Counted from the stretch's first letter, positions 1 to 9,044 are shown. The stretch is DNA of 15,211 nucleotides from Octopus sinensis (GCF_006345805.1 NW_021825426.1:1-15211), one strand, 5' to 3'. Numbers and translations: made by a program. Notes: generated from the sequence alone by a model not told the origin.

Positions 1-639
1 GACTTCTAGCTCTATTTCTTCTTTGATTCAGAATATTCCATATAGTTTAGATAATGTACCAATTATAAGAAACTTAAGTGAACCGTATCTGCTTCCAAAA
101 TAAAGGAAGAATTGGCTTACAGTCTTTTGATAACTTTCTATTCTTTGTTATTTTAAACAAATCTGATCACTTAGTGTTGTCAGTCATCCAAAATACATCC
201 AAAAGCCAACACGTCTGTCGTTTAAATATATTTATATATTTATATATTCCTGACACATCCACGAGTCATGAATTACAAATAAGGAATTTCTAAGAGCTAA
301 GGAGACAGTATACGTAGTCGACTCGAGCAAGCAAAAATAGAAGCCAAATTACTATAAACCCCACAGCCTACTTTTAGAGTCGGTGCCGAAAACGAAAGAC
401 AGACACATTAGATAATGTAGTTCTAAATACCTCTAATATGACGTATGCTTTTGAAAATAGTTCTGATCAGAATTGATCTGAGGTTAATCAACAACTCTGC
501 TCTAACCCAAGCATGAACTAACACCATGAACAGGGACCACACGAAGATATACTCTAATGAGGTCATATTAATCATGTTTTCTTCAATAGCAGAAAGAAAC
601 AACAATTAGAAAATTAATGCCTGTCGCATCAACAATCTT

Positions 640-948
640 CCAAACAGTCATAATAAGATCTTTTAAAGCTACTGCAAGGTTTACACGTCTCTGTCTCTGA
701 AGATTTCTTCTCTGATGATTACACATCCTGAACTTAGCAAAGACTCCGTTGCAAAGACAGACCCATATTCAGGACAAAAACATCACAGTACTCTATTCTC
801 TAAGAACAGTTACCAATATTTCAACTCTCGGTAAGACTCACTTTAAATAAGTAAAGCAGGATTTGCAAAGATTATGATGGTGTTTGAATGTTTACACTAC
901 ATGTTTAAACTAAACACTGCGTCGACTTATATGTGGGAAAATACGGTA
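640..948 (+). mobile_element. Probable 3' end of a decayed pogo/Tigger-like (Tc1/mariner superfamily) DNA transposon
   Basis: 921-948 reverse-complements to TACCGTATTTTCCCACATATAAGTCGAC, resembling TACCGTATTTT-type pogo/Tigger TIRs with a terminal TA. 650-670 translates IIRSFKA, resembling the DDE_1 'QPLDQGIIRSFKA' motif. The partner TIR was not found and the 5' boundary is unknown. Confidence 0.45.
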
Positions 949-960
949 ATCCGTTGACTA

Positions 961-1199
961 AGGCGGTCGAGTTGGCAGAAACGTTAGCACGCCGGACGAA
1001 ATGCTTAGCGGTATTTCGTCTGCCTTTACGTTCTGAGTTCAAATTCCGCCGAGGTCGACTTTGCCTTTCATCCCTTCGAGGTCGATTAAATAAGTACTAG
1101 TTACGTAATGAGATCGATATAATCGACTTAATCCGTTTGTCTGTCCTTGTTTGTCCCCTCTATGTTTAACCCCTTGTGGACAATAAAGAAATAAGAAAG
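961..1199 (+). mobile_element. tRNA-derived SINE, family A (near full length)
   Basis: Head AGGCGGTCGAGTTGGCAGAA, B-box-like GAGTTCAAATTCC, core GAGGTCGACTTTGCCTTTCATCC...AATAAGTAC and A-rich end. At least 6 further copies align by eye within the window. Confidence 0.9.
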
Positions 1200-1213
1200 A
1201 GCTATATATACGA

Positions 1214-1570
1214 GGCCATGCTGGAGCACTGCCTTTAGTAGAACAAGTCGACCCCAGTGCTTATTCTTTCCAAGCTTAGTACTTATTTTATCGGTCTTTT
1301 TTGCCGAACCGCTATGTTACGGAGACGTAAACACACCAACATCAGTTGTCAAGCGATGGTGGTGGTGGGGTGGTGTCAAGCACAGATTCACACACAAATA
1401 CATACACACATATACGATGGGCTTCTTTCAGTTTCCGTTTACCAAATCCACTCACAAGGCTTTGGTCGGCCTGAGACTATATTAGAAGACACTTGCCCAA
1501 GGTGCTACGCAGTGGAACTGAAACCAGAACCATGTGATTTGGAGACAGGTTTCCACATAGCTCTCGCCTA
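1214..1570 (-). mobile_element. Composite CORE-type SINE, family B (tRNA/CORE head + internal microsatellite + tail module)
   Basis: Head about 1413-1570 and tail about 1214-1375 are joined by a (CA)-rich spacer. Both modules are reverse complements of 3752-3917 and 4631-4837. The minus strand has CACCTTGGGCAAGTGTCTT, resembling the MIR CORE motif. Confidence 0.85.
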
Positions 1571-1691
1571 CCAAATTCACAAATTCACTCACTGTACATT
1601 GGTTGGCTGACGGCTATAGGAGAAGACACTTGTCCAAGGTGCCGTGCAATGGGACTGAACTTGGAACCAAGGTGGTTGCAAAGCGAGCTTC
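1565..1691 (-). mobile_element. Partial second family-B SINE head in tandem
   Basis: AGAAGACACTTGTCCAAGGTGCCGTGCAATGGGACTGAAC matches the adjacent head. It has a small CAAATTCA duplication. Confidence 0.8.
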
Positions 1692-1794
1692 ATGCATTTT
1701 CTATAATCATTCCTTTGCCTTTTCTTCTTCTTCAGTTCATGAAACCTCGTTTTTCATCCTTTCCTGGCGTTTATTAATAACTCCCAACGCAGCA

Positions 1795-2400
1795 CTGTCT
1801 CCTCCCCAGCCTTCTCCCTATTCTCCTCCCTTCCTCCGCTCTTCCTCTTCATCTCCTCCTACTCCTCCTATTCTCCATTCTCCTCTTCTCCCCTTCCCTA
1901 CCTTCTTCTTCCCCTTCTCCCTCCTCTACTACCCCTCTCCCTCCTTCCCTTCTTCACATTCCCTCCCCTCCTTCCCCTCCTTCCCCTTCTCCCCATCCAC
2001 TTACCCCTCTTCCCTCCTCCCCTTCTTCCCCATCCAACCCTCCCCTCCTTCCCGAACCCTTCTCCCTTCTCCATTTTTATCCTCTTCCTCTTTCCCTTCT
2101 CCTTTCTCCTCTTCCCCCTCCTTTCTCCTTTTAGCCTCTTCCCCTTCCTTTCTCCTCCTCCTTCCCTGCCCCTTCATCATTCTCCCTCCTCTTCATTGAC
2201 TCTTCTCTTCATGCTCCCTTCTCTTCATTCTTCCTCCTTTTCTTCATTCTGCCTCCTCCTTTTACCCCACCTCTATCTCTTCCTTCCTCTCCCTCATTCT
2301 CCCTTCTCCTCTCTCCTTCTCATTCCCCCTCCCTCCCTCGTCTCCTCTTTATCAACTTCACCTATCCAATCATTTTCCTTTCTATGCCTTCTGTAACTCT
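1795..2400. repeat. About 600 bp polypyrimidine (C/T) low-complexity tract
   Basis: The + strand is almost entirely C/T (CCT, CTT and CCCT motifs). This explains the S/P/F/L-rich ORFs 1603-2199 and 2196-2396. Confidence 0.95.
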
Positions 2401-2542
2401 TTTCCACCTTCCGCCCCATCTTCGCCGTCTTCATCCAACCTTATTTCCGTTTCGTGTTTCTTGAAGCTCTTACGTTTAATAGACCTTATCTATCTTAATC
2501 CGTTCCCATCGAACCTTCTAGATCTTCTTAAATAAATGCACC

Positions 2543-2600
2543 TGCTTTCTAATAAAAGACTGAGGTCGACTTCGAGATAACCGAAACAACATCAAAAGCA
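2543..2600 (+). ncRNA. Degenerate type I hammerhead-like motif (probably inactive)
   Basis: TGCTTT-CTAATAA(for CTGATGA)-...GAGGTCGACTTC...CC-GAAA-CAACA-TC-AAAAGCA. Stem I TGCTTT/AAAAGCA closes the motif. There are two G>A core changes. Confidence 0.4.
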
Positions 2601-2736
2601 CGTGACCGCTATAAATTCTTACGATTAGTCACTCTGATGAAGGTGAAAAATTAGCTCACTTAATAAAGAAAATATCAAGATTATACATTAATTAGAATAT
2701 AAAAAAAAACAAACAAACAAATAAACAAACTCATAT

Positions 2737-2900
2737 GTGCAGTTATGGCCGTGTGGTAAGAAGATTGCTTGCAAGCCATTGTGTTTTGAGTTCAGTCCCA
2801 CTGCGTGGTACCTTGTGCTAGTGTCTTCCAATATAGCCCCGGGTGAAGTTAAGCCTTGAGACTGGATTCGGTAGACGGAAACAGAAAGAAGCTTGTCGTG
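2737..2900 (+). mobile_element. Family-B SINE head (tRNA-like + CORE), followed by (CA)n(TA)n
   Basis: A-box-like TGGCCGTGTGGTAAG, B-box-like GAGTTCAGTCCC, and GGTAGACGGAAACAGAAAGAAGC shared with 3752-3917. Confidence 0.85.
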
Positions 2901-2962
2901 TATACACACATACACACACAGACACACACACACACACACACACACTCATATATATATATATA
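2901..2962. repeat. (CA)n(TA)n microsatellite
   Basis: Direct reading. Confidence 0.95.
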
Positions 2963-2964
2963 TG

Positions 2965-3745
2965 GCTCCGGCTTGCACTATTCTTTTCAGTGATGCTGAG
3001 GTATGCTTTTGGTGACATACAAATTGGTGTCAGATTCCAGTTTCCTACAAGTGGTGGACTATTCAATCATCAGCGTTTCAAAACCAGGACACCAGTATCA
3101 TTCGTGATCTACTTTTTCCAGATAATGCTGCACTAGTAGCTACCTCTTTAGAGGAAGCTCAAGAACTTCTAGACGACACCTTAACCAACCAGACATCTTC
3201 TACAAAGAGTCTCTGAGGACAATCTGCGGTTATTTACTAAAAGACAAAGTTTCTAATGCCGACTTCTTTAGCAAGTGTAAGATTGTAGGAAGTGAGAGCT
3301 TTCTTATACAATCACAATTGCGCTGGGCTGGCCATGTCGTCAGAAAGAATAACCAAAGTCATCATGTACAGCCAGCTTGAGAGTGGACACAGGAAAGTTG
3401 GTCGACCGTGGCTCAGATATAAGGACAAGCTGAAGAGTATCCTCTTAGTGATGAAGATAGCTCAGAACACCATGGAGCGAACGTTCTCGGTACAAACAAA
3501 ATGGAGATCGTTGTGTCAAAATGGCATTAAAAACTTTGTTACAACCAGCATTAACAGGCTTCGTGGGGTGCAAGGCGAACGAGAAAAGCAGTTGCAGATA
3601 TACCACCTACACTGAGCTGTAATCCTCAAACTTGCAACATTTTTAGCCTTCTTTGCAAACTGTTGGTGGCACTTAAATGTCACATTCGGCATAAGCATTA
3701 TAACTGACAAAGAAAAAGTACGTTGTCGGAGCCTCATTCGTCGAT
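2965..3745 (+). mobile_element. 5'-truncated, internally deleted, frameshifted RTE-clade (BovB-like) LINE remnant
   Basis: Translates (across frameshifts) FFSVMLRYAF...GGLFN.QRFK, IRDLLFPDNAAL (the FADD motif mutated, 3115-3126), LRWAGHVVR, YSQLESGHRKVGRPWLRYKDKLK, WRSL and a C-terminal CxxFxxxCxxxxxLKCHIRH zinc-finger-like remnant. These are typical RTE ORF2 motifs. A deletion near 3180 joins the RT core to the downstream region. Confidence 0.9.
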
Positions 3746-3938
3746 ATACATAGACGTAGGAGTGGGTGCGTGGTAAGAAGCTTGCTTCACAACAACATGG
3801 TTGCGGGTTCAGACCTACTGCGTGATACCTTGGGCAAGTGTCTTTTATTATAGCCTCGGGCCGACCAAAGCCTTGTGAGTAGATCTGGAAGACGGAAAAT
3901 GAAAGAAGCCCGTCGAATATATATATATATATGTATAT

Positions 3939-4065
3939 TTATTATATAGAAGGAGCTTCTACAGGACTAGAACTGTTTCATTCAAGAGAAATCTTCAGGA
4001 AGCTTCCTGAAGATTTCTCTTGAATGAACAGTTCTAGTCCTGTAGAAGCTCCTTCTATATAATAA
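3939..4065. repeat. 127 bp loop-less palindrome (64/63 bp arms, one 1-nt indel)
   Basis: Centre AAG|CTT between 4002 and 4003. The arms are exact reverse complements except GTTTC versus GTTC. Confidence 0.97.
3954..4004 (-). ncRNA. Minimal type I hammerhead ribozyme motif (Penelope pLTR type)
   Basis: Minus strand: AGCTTC-CTGAAGA-TTTCTCTTGAAT-GAAA-CAG-TTCTAGTC-CTG-TA/GAAGCT. It has a 6 bp stem I, a 4 bp stem III, a GUA cleavage triplet and a weak stem II. The mirror copy on + (about 4001-4050) lacks one A of GAAA. Confidence 0.75.
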
Positions 4066-4242
4066 TAATTTTACTCTGCTAGTATTGAGTACCTTATTTA
4101 CTGTGGTTAACCCGAATCAACCGGGACCTACATATATTATGTATATATATATATATATATATATGTTAATAAAAATAGAGCATATGCATATATAAACTAT
4201 ATGTACGTACCTACCTCTACATGTACATATACACGCATATGT

Positions 4243-4616
4243 GTACAGGACACCAAAAAGACGTCGAACACATAGCAGACGAAAAACTAGACACAACCAA
4301 GGAACAAGACAAGCAAAAAAAAGGGATACAGGACAATAAGCACAACGAAAAATCCCCTTCTTCATCGCTAAGGTTCATCTACTAAACGTTTCGAAGTAAA
4401 AGCGAGACGTACTTCGTATACTTCGAAGAACTTCCTTCCTACGAAAAGCAAATCAATTAAAATCTGAGATCTTTTCGCAGAGGGTAAAAAAAGCAAAACG
4501 GTAACGACAGTACAAACATATAAACAGTTAAAAAATATATATTAACAGTGGAACAGTGGAAAAATAAATATATAACAGTGAGAGACAGGACAAGGAGAAC
4601 AAGATAAGAAGGGCTG
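4243..4616. mobile_element. Unclassified A-rich insert between (TA)n tracts
   Basis: Complex sequence bounded by TA-rich repeats inside a SINE. Its layout is similar to 7803-8186 (A-rich arms, central CTT[C/T]ATC...TTTCG). The family is not identified. Confidence 0.4.
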
Positions 4617-4838
4617 TTATATATATATATCTGTGTCTGTGTTTGCCCACGACCACCATCGCTTGATAACCGATGTTGGTGTGTTTACATCCCCGTAACT
4701 TAACTGTTCGGCAAAAAGACCGCCAGAATAAGTACTAGGCTTACAAAGAATATGTCCTGGGGTTGATTTATTCGAGTAAAGGCGGTGGTCCAGCATGGCC
4801 GCAGTCAAATGACTGAAACAAGTAAAAGAAAAAAAACA

Positions 4839-4975
4839 ATATATATATATATGCATATGTGTGTATGTGTGTGTGAGTGTGCGTGTTTGTGTATGCATGT
4901 GTGCGCGCGTGTGTGTTAATGTCTGTGCTTATCCCTCACCGACGCTGGACAACTGGTTATGGTTTGCTAACGCCA
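4839..4975 (+). mobile_element. (TA)/(TG) microsatellite plus the start of a family-B SINE tail
   Basis: GTCTGTGCTTATCCCTCACCGACGCTGGACAACTGG aligns with 4634-4680. Confidence 0.6.
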
Positions 4976-5052
4976 AACAGATGTAGATACTTCTCCACAC
5001 ACAACATGGACTAAAATCTTTTTAAGAATCTACGAAATTACAATAATTTTAA

Positions 5053-5085
5053 TGTCATGATTAGCGACAGCGAAACCGGTCGACA
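5053..5085 (+). ncRNA. 33-nt minimal type I hammerhead-like motif with A3-U8 in place of C3-G8
   Basis: TGTC-ATGATTA-GC-GACA-GC-GAAA-CCGG-TC/GACA. Stem I is TGTC/GACA, stem II is 2 bp, stem III is the palindromic ACCGGT, and the cleavage triplet is GUC. Confidence 0.6.
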
Positions 5086-5292
5086 GACACAATATCAAAT
5101 ATATTAAAACATATATCAAAACTATGTAAAGTGTGTGCATTTTCCTTCTTTTATTTTATATAAATATATTTTGCATTACAACTCACCACGTGAGGACAAT
5201 TGAAATTCCTCCCTTTTTGTTACTATATATATATACATGTATACACACACACTCACACACAAATACACACACACATATATATATATCTGTAA

Positions 5293-5490
5293 GTGTGTTT
5301 ATCCACCAGAGATACTTGACAAACGGTGTTGGTTTGATTACAACTCCATAAGCAAACGGCCCGGAAAATAAAACCGATAGAATACGTACCAGACTTAAGT
5401 ACTGCGATAAATTTGTTCGACTGAATCTTTCAAGATTGTGCTCCAGAATGACCGCAGTTTAAATGTTTGTAACAAATAACAGATAAAAGG
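5293..5490 (+). mobile_element. Diverged family-B SINE tail preceded by (TA)(CA) microsatellite (5225-5287)
   Basis: CTTGACAAACGGTGTTGGTTTG...CCGATAGAATACGTAC...GTGCTCCAGAATGACCGCAGT aligns with 4660-4830. Confidence 0.8.
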
Positions 5491-5744
5491 AAGATATGTT
5501 CAAAGCCAAAAGACTTTTCCTATCTTTGATACAGAATCAAAGAAAGCTTGTAATTCGTGCAAATTACTGTGGTCATCTTTTAATTATCAAAGCGTTGCAG
5601 CTGAGATTAAATTGCAAAGATGGCGTCTATTATTGATGTTAGCTTTGACTGGCGGATGTGATCTATAGCTATTATAGGTGAAAATGTCATCAGTTGTACT
5701 ACAACTATGAAATTGGTTATTTTATATTATTATGTACTATTACA

Positions 5745-5967
5745 AGGCGGCAAGCTGGCAGAATCGTTACCGCACAGGATGAAATGCTTAACCGAGCTTC
5801 TGCTCTTTCCATTCTTTCCGAGTTCAAATTCCGCTGAGGTCGACTTAGCCTTTCATTCTTTCACCATCGATATCATAAAGTACCAGTTGAGTACTGGGGT
5901 CGATATAATCGACTAGTATCCTCCCTCAAAATGTTAGGCTTTCGTGACTATACTAGAAAGGAGTATT
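5745..5967 (+). mobile_element. Family-A SINE
   Basis: AGGCGGCAAGCTGGCAGAATCGTT head, GAGTTCAAATTCC and GAGGTCGACTTAGCCTTTCA. Confidence 0.9.
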
Positions 5968-5982
5968 ACGCGTATATATTGA

Positions 5983-6232
5983 TTTCAAATTTTGGCATGG
6001 TACAAGGCCAGCAATGTAAGGGGTGGGGGTAAGTCCATTACATCGACCTCCAGTGTTCAACTGGCACTTATTTTATTGACCCAGTGCTCAACTGGTAATT
6101 GTTTTATCAACCCTGAAATGATAAAAAGGCAAAGTCGACCTCGGCAGAATCTGAACTCAGAACATAAAAGCAGACGAAATGCTGCTAAGCATTTTTCCCA
6201 GCGTGCAAACCGATTCTGCTAGCTTGCCGCCT
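5983..6232 (-). mobile_element. Family-A SINE with an internal tandem duplication of about 32 bp
   Basis: Reverse complement of family A, ending GCTAGCTTGCCGCCT. The unit CCAGTG.TCAACTGG.A.TT.TTTTAT occurs twice at about 6044-6110. Confidence 0.9.
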
Positions 6233-6260
6233 TACACATAGAATTAGATATTGTTACATC

Positions 6261-7092
6261 CGTGGTATGATCAATAAGTATCCGGACTGTTGCTTTAGTA
6301 ACGAAGCTAAGGCATGGAGAATGAAGCCGCCTGGCACAGATTGACCTTGAATTTTTTGAGTTTTATCGTTCTAGTTCACTTTCGCTGTTTACAGCAGTGC
6401 TTGGAAGGAACGTGTGTAGCGTGTGATCGTCGCATTGACCATGACAAAGTTGAGCACAGAACTGGATCAAGTTTTACCAAAAGCTTGGCGATTCCTGCTC
6501 AGAAGTTTTCAAAAAGTTTTCATCGTTCTCGCCAATCAAGGAGATACTGTGCAACTGAAACCTGGGTGTCTTTTTGGTCATCTAAAAACAGTTTTGGCAC
6601 AAACTTTCCAGACATGCGTCTCATACCAAAATGTTCTGTGATAATGGACTGAACTGAACAGTACCTAAACTGCACATCCTCTGATAACTCACGGCTGGTG
6701 ATTCGACGATTTCCCCTTACAGCTGCACGCACATCTGCGATGTTTTTCTCAGTTCTGCTGATTGCAGGTCTCCAGAACGTTCGTCAATATCGACATTTTT
6801 CGGCCATCTTGGAAATGTCTGAACCACTCGAACACTTGTGTATGACTCATAACACTCCTCTCCATACATTTTAACTTTTTTCCGTATGCCTTTTTTCTCT
6901 ATCATGGCCAATACGACCATGACACGCTACACACGTTCGTTCCAAGCACTGCTGTAAACACCAGATGTAAGCAAGAACGTTAACATTTTGTACGCATGCC
7001 CAACATATTTTAAGGTCAATCTGTGTGAAGCGGCTTTACTCTGCGTGTTTTAGCTTCGTTACTATGGCAACAGTTCGAATACATATTGATCA
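6261..7092 (-). mobile_element. Non-autonomous mariner derivative with long inverted ends and N-terminal transposase remnant
   Basis: Inverted ends TGATCAATAAGTATCCGGACTGTTGC...CACAGATTGACCTT (about 6268-6350 versus 7010-7092) and CAGCAGTGCTTGGAAGGAACGTGTGTAGCGTGT (about 6390-6425 versus 6920-6958). The minus strand encodes YGEEC, QVFEWF..F..GR, DERSG, NRRITSRELSE and FVPK (the mariner WVPH/K linker). The DDD catalytic domain is absent. Confidence 0.9.
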
Positions 7093-7352
7093 GAGCTGGC
7101 AGAATCGTTACTATGGCAATAGTTCGAATACTTATTGAGTGAGCTGGCAGAATCGTTGCCAACCGATCCAAATACTTAGCTGTGTTTCTTCCAGTTTTAC
7201 ATATTAGGTTCAAATTCTGCTGAGGTCGACTTTGCCTTTCATGCTTTCGGTGTCAATAAAATAAGTACCAGTTGAGCACCGGAATCACTGTAATTAACTA
7301 GCACCACCCCTAAATTTCAGGTTTCATGCCTTATAATCGAAAGGATCATTAT
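7093..7352 (+). mobile_element. Family-A SINE fused to the mariner end through a junction duplication
   Basis: GAGCTGGCAGAATCGTT head (twice), GGTTCAAATTCTGCTGAGGTCGACTTTGCCTTTCAT and AATAAGTACCAGT. Confidence 0.85.
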
Positions 7353-7708
7353 CCTGGATTGTCAGGTAAATTCGTTCCTTTTTTCCTTTGCTTTCATGTA
7401 TTTCAATACCAACGAGTGATCTCACTTCCTGATTGGTACTTATTTTACCCACTCCAGTAAAATCTTTTATTTTTTTATCTTTTACTTGCTTCAGTCACTG
7501 GACTGTGGCCATGCTGGAACACTGCCATAAATGGTTGACTTGAACATAACGAGCCCAGTACTTATTTCTTAAGTCTAGTACTTACTCGGGTGAATTTCTT
7601 TAACCGAAACGCTATGTTATGGAATCATAAACAAACCAGCACCGGTTGTCAATCGGCAGAGTTGGAGACAAAGCATAGTCAGAAAGGTGAACAGACATGC
7701 ACTCGCAT

Positions 7709-7726
7709 ATAATATGTATATGTATG

Positions 7727-7803
<77 letters not shown>
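7709..7803. repeat. (TA)n(TG)n microsatellite
   Basis: Direct reading. Confidence 0.95.
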
Positions 7804-7805
<2 letters not shown>

Positions 7806-8186
7806 AATGGAACAAAAACGGAATATAGGGCATTAAAACGTTCGGACAGATAGACAATACAAAGGCAGACAAGAAAAACAATAATTAGGACAAATAAAAA
7901 AAAGTCGGGTCATTTTTGGCTTTCTTTTATCAGTCAAGTACCAGAAGTCACGACCATTTCGGACAGTTATACTTGAGATGGTTCGATCTGGTTGTCCTCC
8001 AAAAAGTCTAAGCTAAGAGCATTAGACCCATTTCTAAGGAAGCTAGCGAATGTGTACAGCAACAAAGACAAAAAAAAAGAAAAAACAAACAAACAAACAA
8101 AATACGGAGAACAAGGTACACAATTACGAATACAAGAAATAATAACACGCATCTTTCGACTGAGAACGATTCAAATTTAGCTGGCG
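7803..8186. mobile_element. Unclassified A-rich insert between dinucleotide microsatellites
   Basis: About 380 bp of complex sequence bounded by (TG)n and (TA)n within a family-B SINE. Confidence 0.4.
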
Positions 8187-8368
8187 TATATATATATATA
8201 TATATATATACATATACATACACGCACACACACACACACACACACACGCACACACATATATATATATATATATACATATATATATCAACAAATTTACATA
8301 CATACGGACACACACACATACATACACACCCACACACATATATATTTGTAAATATATATAGATATACA
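8187..8368. repeat. Compound (TA)n/(CA)n microsatellite
   Basis: Direct reading. Confidence 0.95.
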
Positions 8369-8489
8369 TCTGATAAGCTACCATACAGATTTCGTCTACG
8401 AAATTCACTCACAAGGCATTGGTTATCCCGGGACTTTGTAGGAGAAAGCTGCCCAAGGTGCTGCACAGTGGGAATGAAAGATATCAAAT

Positions 8490-8556
8490 CAAACTCAGTG
8501 GTATTTGAACTCAGAACATAAAAGTATTTTGTGCAACCTCGCTATCGATTCTGCCT
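8490..8556 (-). mobile_element. Family-A SINE fragment
   Basis: ATTTGAACTCAGAACATAAAAG...CGATTCTGCC matches 6149-6220. Confidence 0.7.
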
Positions 8557-8609
8557 GACATCAAACGTTCAATAAAAAGTTTAAAAGTTAAATATTGAAT
8601 TGAGTCACG

Positions 8610-8835
8610 AGGTGGGGGGAGGGGCGTCTACGTGGTTGGTCAACTTGCTTGAAATAGCAACCAAATCTCCTTGATAATGAAATGGGCGTATAGGGTGATT
8701 AATGTGAACCTGAGTTATCTCCTCATTGAAAAAATAAAAGATGGATGGTTGTAGCTGGAATGCAGTTTATTATAGGCTTTCTCAATGAGAGTTAAACTAG
8801 GGCTAAGCAACAACAAAACAACAACAACAACAACC
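8610..8835 (+). mobile_element. Possible retroposon 3' end with (CAA)n tail
   Basis: Complex sequence ending GGGCTAAGCAACAACAAAACAACAAC. It is single-copy in this window, so the call rests on the tail and on recalled similarity to octopus repeats. Confidence 0.35.
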
Positions 8836-8980
8836 ATAAGGACAACAATAGTAACACCATCAATAACTATAAGAACCAGCTTCTGATTAGTGTCAATTAT
8901 GAAATATCCAGATTATGACTGATATCCGAGATAAATAAATGAGAACCCAATCTTGCCCAGCTATATCTGGTGTCATGGTA

Positions 8981-9044
8981 GTTATGTTGTTGGTGGTGTT
9001 GTTGGTGCTACTGCTACTGCAGCTGTTGCTACTACTACTACTAC

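Larger units (their letters stand above)
3752..4837 (+). mobile_element. Family-B SINE (head 3752-3917, tail 4631-4837) split by inserts in its internal (TA)n
   Basis: The head has A/B boxes and GATACCTTGGGCAAGTGTC. The tail ends CAGTCAAATGACTGAAACAAGTAAAAGAAAAAAAA. The same modules are contiguous at 1214-1570. Confidence 0.85.
7465..8478 (-). mobile_element. Family-B SINE (tail about 7465-7672, head about 8372-8478) split by microsatellites and an insert
   Basis: Tail TTTTACTTGCTTCAGTCACTGGACTGTGGCCATGCTGGA and head ATTCACTCACAAGGC...TGCCCAAGGTGCTGCACAGTGGGA. Order and strand are consistent with one element. Confidence 0.75.

Noticed and set aside
78-605. ORFs 78-293 and 423-605 as host exons
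   Set aside because: No recognisable domain or convincing splice context. They cannot be fully excluded without RNA-seq.
697-750. CTGAAGA and CTGATGA hammerhead-like cores
   Set aside because: No properly placed GAAA or stem II, and stem I does not close.
1603-2396. 198 aa and 66 aa Pro/Ser-rich ORFs
   Set aside because: They are translations of a SINE head plus the polypyrimidine tract, which lacks stop codons by composition.
4355-4430. Possible permuted hammerhead in the A-rich inserts (also about 7920-7965)
   Set aside because: Core-like words are present but degenerate, and the stems could not be closed by eye.
7057-7157. CRISPR-like repeat-spacer pattern
   Set aside because: Only two units, both segments are duplicated, there are no cas genes, and the context is eukaryotic.
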